Assembly: GCA_035544895.1 (NCBI GenBank)
Contig: DASZZM010000092.1
Location: forward strand, 5,852 to 69,851
DNA length: 64,000 nt
Direction: 5' to 3'
Source: Thermoanaerobaculia bacterium
Lineage (GTDB): Bacteria; Acidobacteriota; Thermoanaerobaculia; Multivoradales; UBA5704
How positions within the stretch are numbered: the stretch's first letter is position 1; each line of letters starts with the position of its first letter. The translations under genes and the position numbers were made by a program. Below, in pieces: positions 18,224-27,100 of the stretch. The notes below the pieces were generated by a model. That model had not been told where the DNA came from, searched no databases, and worked only from the letters and a program-made list of their open reading frames with translations.

Positions 18224-20554
18224 CTAGAGCATCTCCAGGTTGGCGTAACGGGCGATCAGCTTGCGCTTGCCGGCGTTCTGGAAGAAGACGGTGATCTTGG
18301 CGTCCTCGCCCTGGCCGTCGAGCTCCAGGACGACGCCCTGGCCGAGGGTGGGGTGGCGCACGCGGCTGCCGCGCTTGAGCGGCCGCCGGTAGGAGGCCGC
18401 CTGGGCTTCGCCCCTGTCGGGCTGGTCTTCCTCCCATGCCTCTTCGGCGAACCGGGCAGAGGCGCCGGAGCCCTGCCCGGCGGGTCGACCGGAAGCGCCG
18501 GGTCCCTGCCCAACTCGATTGGAAGCGCCGCCGAAAAAGGAATAGACGCCTTGCGCGCGGGAATCGAAGCGCCGGGCGCTTTCGGCTCCCGCCGAATAGT
18601 AGAGGGCCGGGCTGTGCCGCACCTCGAGCAGCTCGGCGGGCAGCTCGGACAGGAAGGCGGACTCCTCCTGGTCCTGGTAGCGCCCGGCGATGCGCCGCCG
18701 CCGGCAGCGGGACAGATACAGCCGCTCGCGCGCCCGCGTCATCCCGACGTAGAGCAGCCGGCGCTCCTCTTCGATGTCTTCCGGCAAGCCTTGCGAGTTG
18801 AAATGCGGCAGCAACCCCTTCTCCAACCCGGCCACCACGACGACCCTGAACTCCAGCCCCTTGGCGCTGTGCAGGGTCATCAGCGACACACCGCGGTCGG
18901 CCGCGAGCAGGTCGAGGTCGGTCACCAGCGAGACGTGGTCGAGAAAGGCGGTCAGCAGATCCGCGTCGCCGGCGTTGTAGCTGTTCTTCTCGGTGAACTC
19001 CTGGGCCGCCGAAAGGAACTCCCGGATGTTCTCCAGGCGCGCCTGGTCTTCGGGATCGTCCTTCTTGTAGAGGTCGTCGTAGCCGGTGGCGGCGAGCAGG
19101 CGGTCGAGCAGGGCGGGCAGCGGCAGCTCGGCGGCGGCTTGCTGCAAGTCCACGATCAGGTCGCGGAAGCGCCGCAAGGCAGTGGCGCTGCGCGCCGGCA
19201 GCCCACCCAGCTCGTCCAGGTAGAGGACGTCCCACAGCGGCTGACCGAGCTGCACGGCCTGGTCGCGCAGAAGCTCGAGCGTTGCCTTGCCGATGCCGCG
19301 CGGCGGCTGGTTGAAGATGCGGGCGAGCGAGAAATTGTCGCGCGGGTTGCGCAACACCCGCAGGTAGGCCACCAGGTCCTTGATCTCGGCGCGATCGTAG
19401 AAGCGCACTCCGCCGACGAGCGAGTAGGAGACTTCCTGCTTGAGCAGCTCGTCTTCGAGGGCCCGGGTCTGCGCGTTGGTGCGCACCAGGATCGCCATGT
19501 CCGCCAGCTTGTAACGCCCGCGCAGCCCTTGCAGCGTCTCAACCGCCCACCGCGCCTCGTCCCCTTCGTCGAGGGCGCGATAGAGCTCCACTTTGGCGCC
19601 CGCGCCGCTATCGGTCCACAAGCGCTTGCCGCGGCGGTTCACGTTGTGGGCAATGAGCGCCCCCGACAGGTCCAGGATGCTCTGGGTAGAGCGATAGTTG
19701 CGCTCGAGTTTCCTGACCACTGCGCCGGGAAAGGACTTTTCGAAGTCCAGGATGTTGTCGAGGTCGGCGCCGCGCCAGCGGTAGATTCCCTGGTCCTCGT
19801 CACCGACCGCGGTCAGGTTGCCTGCCGCGCCGGTCAGCTCCCGGATGAGCCTGAGCTGCGCATGATTGGTGTCCTGGTACTCGTCGACGAGCAGGTAACG
19901 GGTGCGCGCGCACACCCGGGCCCGTACCTCCTCGTCGGAGGCCAGCAGCTTGACCGACAGCGCGATGAGATCGTCGAAATCGACTCCGGAAGCCTGGTGC
20001 AGCAGCCCCTGGTAGCGGCGGTAGACGGCGGCGTGCTTGCGGTCGGTGAAGCCTTGGGCCGACGCCTCGAAGGCGGCCGGCTCGATCAGCAGGTTCTTGG
20101 CGCTACTGATCCTGGCGAGCACCGAGCGGGGCGAGAACGCGGTCTCGGAAAGGCCCTCGCCGGCCAGCGCCTCCTTGACCAGCGCGAGCTGGTCGGCAGC
20201 GTCGTGGATGGCGAAGTCGCGCTTGAGGCCGACGCGCTCGCCGTAGCGGCGTAGCAACAGCAGCCCAAAGCGGTGGAACGTGCCGACCGAGGCGGCCAGC
20301 GGATGCGTGCCCAGGAGGTTCTCGACGCGCTCGCGCATCTCGGCCGCCGCCTTGTTGGTGAAGGTCATGGCCGCGATGTGCCCGGGGTCCACGCGGCGCT
20401 CCTCGGCCAGCCACCAGATGCGGTAGGTGATGACCCTGGTCTTGCCCGACCCGGCGCCGGCGAGCACGAGCTGCGGCCCTTCGCCGTGGGTCACGGCGGC
20501 GATCTGCTCGGGGTTGAGATGTCGCTCCAGGCGGGCGGTGACGCTCTCGCTCAC
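18224..20554 (-). CDS. uvrD: ATP-dependent DNA helicase UvrD/PcrA family
   Basis: LNPEQIAAVTHGEGPQLVLAGAGSGKTRV (motif I), LLVDEYQDTNHAQ (II), ...ERNYRSTQSIL (IV), ...TLHSAKGLEFRVV..., plus C-terminal Tudor-like tail. GTG start at 20554 gives MSESVTARLERHLNPEQ. The listed 1218-aa ORF is extended upstream through antisense of the next gene. Confidence 0.9.
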   Translation of the reverse strand: MSESVTARLERHLNPEQIAAVTHGEGPQLVLAGAGSGKTRVITYRIWWLAEERRVDPGHIAAMTFTNKAAAEMRERVENLLGTHPLAASVGTFHRFGLLLLRRYGERVGLKRDFAIHDAADQLALVKEALAGEGLSETAFSPRSVLARISSAKNLLIEPAAFEASAQGFTDRKHAAVYRRYQGLLHQASGVDFDDLIALSVKLLASDEEVRARVCARTRYLLVDEYQDTNHAQLRLIRELTGAAGNLTAVGDEDQGIYRWRGADLDNILDFEKSFPGAVVRKLERNYRSTQSILDLSGALIAHNVNRRGKRLWTDSGAGAKVELYRALDEGDEARWAVETLQGLRGRYKLADMAILVRTNAQTRALEDELLKQEVSYSLVGGVRFYDRAEIKDLVAYLRVLRNPRDNFSLARIFNQPPRGIGKATLELLRDQAVQLGQPLWDVLYLDELGGLPARSATALRRFRDLIVDLQQAAAELPLPALLDRLLAATGYDDLYKKDDPEDQARLENIREFLSAAQEFTEKNSYNAGDADLLTAFLDHVSLVTDLDLLAADRGVSLMTLHSAKGLEFRVVVVAGLEKGLLPHFNSQGLPEDIEEERRLLYVGMTRARERLYLSRCRRRRIAGRYQDQEESAFLSELPAELLEVRHSPALYYSAGAESARRFDSRAQGVYSFFGGASNRVGQGPGASGRPAGQGSGASARFAEEAWEEDQPDRGEAQAASYRRPLKRGSRVRHPTLGQGVVLELDGQGEDAKITVFFQNAGKRKLIARYANLEML

Positions 20555-20701
20555 CTCCGCAGTCTCGCCGAGCCCGCGGGGCTTGGCAAGCCCGCGCAAG
20601 GCGCCGGCGGCGCTGCAGGCCGGACGGCGGGAATCCGCCCCTGCCAATGGCGCGTTGCGTGTGTTGTAGTACTGTACGCGGCCGGGCGCCTGTCTAGGCG
20701 C

Positions 20702-20734
20702 CGATGTCCGCCCGATGTCCGCCCGATGTCCGCC
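20702..20734 (+). repeat. perfect 11-bp tandem repeat x3 (cgatgtccgcc) spanning the candidate start codons of the ClpX-like gene
   Basis: Sequence ...gcg ccgatgtccgc ccgatgtccgc ccgatgtccgc cgccattgtg...; each unit carries an ATG in a different frame. Only the third (20726) is in frame with the downstream ORF. Confidence 0.85.
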
Positions 20735-21844
20735 GCCATTGTGAGCCAGCCAGCCATGAAACCGGTCGAGATCTACAACTTCCTGGAACAGCACGTCATC
20801 GGCCAGCAAGAGACGCTGCGCTACGTCTCGGTGGCCATCTTCAAGCACCTCCAGGGCGAGAAGTACGGCAACCTGCTGCTGATCGGCAACTCCGGCACCG
20901 GCAAGACCACGATCATGCGCGCCGTGGAGGCGCTCTACGGCGCCTACCCGGAGTTCAGCGAATACCGCGTGGTCCTCATCATGAACGCGAGCACCCTCGC
21001 CGCCGAGGACGGGTCGGTCGATACCAGCCGCCTGTTCAGCCGCCTCGAAGAGCGCGTCCGCCTGCTCCTCGGTGGCGCCGCCTCGGCCGAGGAGGTCGTG
21101 CGGGCGATGGAGCGCGCCACCATCTGCCTGGACGAGATCGACAAGATCTCCGGAGTGATCGGCGGCAAACCCTACGTGACCGGGATCAACATCCAGCAGG
21201 CCCTGCTGACGCTGATCGAAGGCGAGCGGGTGCCGCTTGCGCTGACCGCGGTCCGCGGCGGGATCCCCGAGTCGACGTCGCTGTGGATCGATACCAGCAG
21301 GATGCTCTTTCTGTGCGCCGGAGCGTTCGAGAACCTCTACGACCAGGTTTTCGCGCGCGTCACCTCGGCCAAGAGCGGTGTCAAGCTGCCGACCACCACT
21401 ACTTATGTCAACGGCAAGATCCAGATTCGCGAGTACTTCACTCTGCGCAACCATTTCCGTCAGGAGGATCTTTTCGAATACGGGATGCAGCCCCAGTTCC
21501 TGTCCCGCTTCGACAACGCCGTCATTCTCGACGATCTCAACCCCGGCGTGCTCTGCCGTATCTTCAAGGAGCCGGCCAGCGGCGTCTTGCAGCTGTCGCG
21601 GAATTTTTTCCGCAAGTACGGGATCGATCTCGAGATCACCGACGACGCCGTGCAGAAGATCGCCGAGGAAGCTGCCAGGAGCAGCCGCATCGGCGCGCGC
21701 GCCTTGAAATCGGTCTATGGGCGGGTCATCAAGCCTTTCGAGTTCGATCCCTTCGCCCAGGGACAGATCGAGGCGGCCGGCGGACGTCACCGCCTGGTCA
21801 TCGACGAGTCCCTGGTGAGCAGCGCTCTGAAGCCGCCGGTTTAG
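20726..21844 (+). CDS. ClpX-like AAA+ ATPase lacking the N-terminal zinc-finger domain
   Basis: KPVEIYNFLEQHVIGQQETLRYVSVAIFKHLQ...NLLLIGNSGTGKTTIMRAVE...ICLDEIDKISG...ARALKSVYGRVI... follows the ClpX/HslU family layout, but there is no C4 zinc ribbon. Alternative start at ATG 20756 (MKPVEIY). Confidence 0.7.
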   Translation: MSAAIVSQPAMKPVEIYNFLEQHVIGQQETLRYVSVAIFKHLQGEKYGNLLLIGNSGTGKTTIMRAVEALYGAYPEFSEYRVVLIMNASTLAAEDGSVDTSRLFSRLEERVRLLLGGAASAEEVVRAMERATICLDEIDKISGVIGGKPYVTGINIQQALLTLIEGERVPLALTAVRGGIPESTSLWIDTSRMLFLCAGAFENLYDQVFARVTSAKSGVKLPTTTTYVNGKIQIREYFTLRNHFRQEDLFEYGMQPQFLSRFDNAVILDDLNPGVLCRIFKEPASGVLQLSRNFFRKYGIDLEITDDAVQKIAEEAARSSRIGARALKSVYGRVIKPFEFDPFAQGQIEAAGGRHRLVIDESLVSSALKPPV

Positions 21845-21861
21845 CAGCCGGCCTCCCAATC

Positions 21862-23922
21862 TTGGCCCTCCCCGATCCATCGCCGCGCGCGCGGAGCGCG
21901 ATCACCGCCGAGGTGGCGCGGCAGACCGCCGACGCGTTGGCCGCCAAGCACGGCAGCGGTCATGCCGAGCGCATCCGGCTCGGCGTCGAACAGGCGGCGC
22001 GCCACTGGTGGGCCGAAGATGGCGGCGCCGGGGACTTCAGCGCTTTCTGCCTGGCCAACTTCCTGGCCGACGAAGCCGCCCTGGCGAAGTGCTTCGCCCG
22101 GGTCGAACAGGTTCTCGAGCAGGTGGACGGGCATCTCTTCGAGGCGAGGCGCGAGCTCACCACCCCGCTCGATCTCGATACCGGCCCCCTGTCGCAGGTG
22201 GACCGCCTGTTCGCCGACGTCGACCTCGCGCCGCACGTCGACGAAAACCTGTTCCGCGCCAGGGTGGCATTCGTGGCGCTCCTCAACTTTCCGGTGCATA
22301 CGCTGGGCGAGCGCCTGGCGGGCGGCGCGGCATGGGACCGCGAGACCTGGGCGCGGTCGCGCATGATGGACCGCTTCGCCGCGCGCGTGCCGGCGGAGGT
22401 GCAGCAGCACGTTTCCCTGGCCTTCACCGCGGCCGAGGAGTACGTCGGCTCGTACAACATCCGCATGGACCGCCTGATCGACGCGCAGGGCCGACCGCTC
22501 TTTCCTCCCGGACTTCGCCTCCTCTCCCACTGGGGGCTGCGCGACGAGCTCGCGGCGCACTACGCCAACTCCGACCGCCGGGCGGCGCTCGCCCGGCAAC
22601 GCCTGATCGCCCGTGTCATGGAACGGATCGTGCGCCAGGAGATTCCGGCGGCGGTCGTCGACAACCCCGAGCTGCTGTGGGAGCCCGAGAGCAATCGAGT
22701 GCGGCCGGCGGGCGGCGGCGAGGCGGCCGGCGGCGCTGGCGGCGCTGGCGGCGATGGTGGCGAGCGTGAAGCGGACCGCCGCTACGCGCACCTTCTGGCC
22801 ATCTGCCGCGCCGTGCGCCAGGTCGATCCCTACAGCCCGGCGGCGCCCACCTACATCGCGCGCAAGTTCGAGCGCGAGCGGCAGATTCCTGAACGGGAGG
22901 TCGAGGCGCTGCTCGTCTCGGTGCTCGAAGCGCCGGAGGCCGAGCGGCTGGCGCGGCTGATCGAACGCCGCCTCGGCCGGCCACTCGAGCCGTTCGACAT
23001 CTGGTACTCCGGCTTCAAGAGCCGCGCCGCCCATGGCGAGGAAGAGCTCGACGCACGGACGCGGGCGCTGTATCCGACGCTCGAGCGGTTCCAGGCCGCG
23101 GTGCCGGAGATCCTGGAGCGGCTAGGCTTCGCGCCCGACAAGGCGCGCTGGCTGGCCGAGCGCATCATGGTGGACCCGGCGCGCGGCGCAGGCCACGCGC
23201 TGCCCGCCATACGCCGGCAGGACCGCGCTCACCTGCGCACCCGCCTCGGCCGGGACGGCATGGACTACAAGGGATTCAACGTCGCGCTGCACGAGATGGG
23301 GCACAACGTCGAACAGGTGTTTTCGCTCAACGGCATCGACCACTGGTGGCTCGCCGGCGTGCCCAACACCGCCTTCACCGAAGCCTTCGCCTTCGTCTTC
23401 CAGAAGCGCGACACGGAGCTGCTCGGCCTCGCCCCGCCCGCCGAGGAGGCGCGTCGCGCCGATGCCCTCGGCACCCTGTGGAACACCTTCGAGATCGCCG
23501 GCGTCTCTCTGGTCGACATGCAGGTGTGGCACTGGCTGTACGACCATCCGGAGGCGGCGGCGGCGGAGCTGCGGCAGGCCGTGCTGGCCATCGCGCGCGA
23601 CGTCTGGAACCGTTACTTCGTTCCTCTCTTCGGGGCGGCGACCCGCGACGCGGAAATCCTGGCCATCTACTCGCACATGATCGCCTATGGGCTCTACCTG
23701 CCCGACTACGCGCTCGGCCACATCATCGCTTCCCAGGTGGCGGGCCGTCTGCGCGAAGGCGACTTCGCCGGCGAGCTCGAGCGCCTGGCGCGGCAAGGCC
23801 GCCTCACCCCCGATGCCTGGATGCAAGGCGCCGTCGGCGGCCCGCTCTCCGCCCGCCCCCTGCTGGACGAAGCACGCCAGGCGCTGGACGCCCCCGGGCT
23901 GAGCAGTTCCGCCGCCGGCTGA
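21862..23922 (+). CDS. putative zinc metallopeptidase (HExxH...E, gluzincin-like), about 690 aa
   Basis: Long frame-1 ORF continuing from a TTG at 21862, 18 bp after the ClpX-like stop; ALHEMGHNVEQVF...(about 26 aa)...FTEAFAFVF fits HExxH plus a downstream Glu ligand. The listed ORF 20704..23922 is spurious upstream of 21862. Confidence 0.6.
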   Translation: MALPDPSPRARSAITAEVARQTADALAAKHGSGHAERIRLGVEQAARHWWAEDGGAGDFSAFCLANFLADEAALAKCFARVEQVLEQVDGHLFEARRELTTPLDLDTGPLSQVDRLFADVDLAPHVDENLFRARVAFVALLNFPVHTLGERLAGGAAWDRETWARSRMMDRFAARVPAEVQQHVSLAFTAAEEYVGSYNIRMDRLIDAQGRPLFPPGLRLLSHWGLRDELAAHYANSDRRAALARQRLIARVMERIVRQEIPAAVVDNPELLWEPESNRVRPAGGGEAAGGAGGAGGDGGEREADRRYAHLLAICRAVRQVDPYSPAAPTYIARKFERERQIPEREVEALLVSVLEAPEAERLARLIERRLGRPLEPFDIWYSGFKSRAAHGEEELDARTRALYPTLERFQAAVPEILERLGFAPDKARWLAERIMVDPARGAGHALPAIRRQDRAHLRTRLGRDGMDYKGFNVALHEMGHNVEQVFSLNGIDHWWLAGVPNTAFTEAFAFVFQKRDTELLGLAPPAEEARRADALGTLWNTFEIAGVSLVDMQVWHWLYDHPEAAAAELRQAVLAIARDVWNRYFVPLFGAATRDAEILAIYSHMIAYGLYLPDYALGHIIASQVAGRLREGDFAGELERLARQGRLTPDAWMQGAVGGPLSARPLLDEARQALDAPGLSSSAAG

Positions 23923-24195
23923 GCAGGCCCGCGCCTGACACCCGGCGTTCGCCGCGCGGAGGCGCCGGAGCCGGCGTCGTCCGCGCCGTCCGCAGCGGTC
24001 CTACGCCAGCAAGCGGCTTTCGCCTATTGAAGCAAGCCAGGAAGGTCAATACCCTCAAGGAGTTAGAGAGGCGCGTGTGGTCCGGATGTGCTAGGATGGG
24101 CCGCTCGCTACAGTGAGATTCCCGCATAGTCGAGGCGATGCAGCGGTAGACCACGCGCGATCCCTGGCTATGAGAGGTGAAACGAGGAGATCGTC

Positions 24196-27100
24196 ATGAG
24201 CGTTCGCTGCCATTGCCTTTTCGCCAAATTCCTGGCCTGCGGCCTTGCTGTCGTCTTTTCCCACTCCGCGCCGGCGGCGCCACTGTGCGCGACTCCCGGA
24301 AAGGATGGAGTCGGCACGGCGATCACGGGCATCGTCAACAGCTACTTCCCGGGGACCGGCACGCCGGCGGCAGGAAACACCAGCCTCACTGTTGGAGCGC
24401 GTGCGGGCGCGGCAGCCAACATCGCGTCGGGCGATCTGGTGATGGTCATCCAGATGCAAGACGCCACGATCAACGGTTCGAACGATACCGACTACGGCCG
24501 GACGGGCGGCAATGGAGCCGGCTCTACGATCAACAATTCGGGCCTCTACGAGTTCGTCAAGGCGACGAGCGCGGTGGGGGCGGGGGGCGGAACGCTCACT
24601 TTTGTCGGCGCGGGTGCCAACTCGGGTCTGGTCAACTCCTATGCCACCGCGGCCGCGAGCGCGACGCGAGGTCAGCGCACCTACCAGGTGATTCGAGTGC
24701 CGCAGTACACCGGCGTGTCGCTAGCCGGCGGGTTGACCGCGCTGGCCTGGAACGGGTCCGCCGGTGGAGTGCTGGCGATCGACGCGAGCGGCCCCTTGTC
24801 TTGGAATGGCGCTACCGTGGACGTCTCCGGCCTGGGCTTCCGGGGCGGTGGCGGCGTGCTCAAGACGGGTGGGGCAGGGGGCGCCAACACGGACTATCGC
24901 ACCGTGTCCACGAATGCCTTCAATGGCGCCAAGGCGGAAGGGATCGCCGGCACCCCAATCGACATGTGGAGCGGTACCGCATTGGTCCATGGCCCGGCGG
25001 AAGGGTACCCCAACGGCGCCTACGCCCGGGGCGCTCCCGGGAATGCCGGAGGCGGCGGAACCGACGGCGACCCGCCTGCCAACGACGAGAATTCGGGCGG
25101 TGGCGGCGGGGGCAATGGAGGTGTGGGCGGGCAGGGCGGGAATAGCTGGAGATCGAATTTGGCTGTCGGCGGCCTCGGCGGCGATGCGTTTGCCAATGCC
25201 GGCGGCAGGCTGGCGATGGGCGGCGGTGGCGGCTCGGGAACGCTCAACAACGGTGACGACAACGCCGGCAACACGGGTCTGCTGAGCAACGGCGGGCTGG
25301 GTGGCGCGCTCGTTCACTTTCGCTTCAACACCACCGCTGGGACCGGCACGCTCCGCTCCGACGGCACGGCCGGTGCCAATATCGGGCGCGACGGCGCCGC
25401 CGGGGGAGGGGCCGGCGGGACCATCTTCGCGGCCGGTTGCGCCGGCCTCTCGGGGCTCACCGCCCAGGCGCGCGGAGGCGCCGGCGGCAACGTTCATTGG
25501 GCACTGTCTGACGGTAACGACCCTCCGGGCTATTCGCGGGACGATCACGGTCCTGGGGGTGGCGGCGCCGGCGGCGCGGTCCTGACGTCGGCGGCAGCTA
25601 CGACCGCGGTGACGGGTGGGGCCCACGGCGGCTCTGGCAAGCCGGAGAGCGGCATCGCCAACGTGGCCTATGGTTCTACCTCCGGTGCCGCCGGGACGGT
25701 CTCGGCGACGATCACGGCGGCCTCGCCCTCCGGCGTCGCCGCCGGTTGCACCTGCAGCCCGACGGCGGCCGTCGTGGTGTCGCTGCGAGCGGTCGAGGAG
25801 CCGGGAGGCGTCGTCGTGCACTGGGAGACTAGAGGGGAGGACGGCACCGCGGGCTTCGACCTCTACCGCTTGAGCTCTGAGAGCGGGCAGTTCGAACGCG
25901 TCAACGACAGCCTGCTGGTGGCGCCTCCGGGCGAAGTCCAGGGCGGTGCCTACAGCCTCGTCGATCCTCAGGCGCAGCCGGGTGCGGCCCATACCTACCG
26001 GCTGATCGAGCGCGAGGCCGGCGGGGTTGAGCGGGTGTTCGGACCCTGGCAGGTCGAAATCGAAAGACCGGTCGCGGCCCCGGATGCCGCCCGCGCCGGC
26101 AGGGAATACGGCGCCTCGCCGCGCGAGCGCGATGCGGCTCTGCTGGAGCGCCTCGCGGCGGCGGAGCGCGACTTCGCGGCGGAGAGCGGCTTCGCGATGT
26201 TCGCGACGAGGGAGAGCGGCGAGCTCCGCGGCGCCGCGCTCGATTCTCCACAGGCGAAGGATCTTCCCCGGCTGAGGCTTGCCGTAGACGGCGACGGGAT
26301 TTACTTCGTCTCGTCGCTCCACGCGGGTCAGCAGCTCGGATTGACCGAGTCCCAGGTGGCCTCGCTCATCAGCGCGGGTTCGTTGCGCCTCACCAGCCGT
26401 GGCCAGGAGGTGGCCTGGCTGCCCGTAGCCGGCGGCTTCTACTTCTACGCGCAGGCGATCGACAGCATCTACACTCGAACCAATGTCTACATGGCGCAGT
26501 TCGGACAGAAAGGCAAGCAGATCGTATCGAGCGCGCCTCCGCCGGCGCGACCGGCGACGGCGTCGCAGAGCTTCCTCGAGCGGCTTCACGCCGAGCAGGA
26601 GAACTTCGCCGCCACGGCCGTGGCTCGCGATCCGGCGTCGGACTACTGGTTCTGGGACTTTGTGATCGCCGGGGACCCGACCTACGGCACGCGCACCTTT
26701 ACGATCGACGTGCCCGATCTCGCCGGCGCCTCTCCAGGGGCCTTGCAAGTCTCGCTTTTCGGCGCTACCGATACTCCGGCGGCCCAAGACCATCACGCCC
26801 ACATGAGACTGAACGGTGCTGATGTAGGGGACGTCCGTTTCGACGGCATCGGCAGCTTCAGCAGCAGCTTCTCGCTGCCTCCTGGCCTCTTGCGGGCTGG
26901 AGCGAACTCGGTTGAGGTGAGCGGGATTCTCGACAGCGGCGCACCCTACAGCATCTTCTACGTCGATTCCTTCGACCTGACCTACCCGCGTCTCTACCGG
27001 GCGCGGTCGGACCGGCTCGAGCTGACCGCCAGCAGCGATGCGGTGGCAACGATTGCCGGCTTCAGCTCCGGCAAGATCACGGTCTTCGACGTCTCGAACG

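Noticed and set aside
18353-20254. 633-aa + ORF
   Set aside because: Antisense to uvrD.
20704-21861. Upstream part of 1072-aa + ORF 20704..23922
   Set aside because: Frame-1 read-through across the ClpX-like gene (which is in frame 2 with clear AAA+ motifs). Only the portion after the ClpX-like stop (from TTG 21862) is considered coding.
20555-21880. N-terminal about 440 aa of listed minus ORF 18224..21880 (1218 aa)
   Set aside because: Antisense of the ClpX-like gene; UvrD motif I begins just after the GTG at 20554, which matches the usual UvrD N-terminus.
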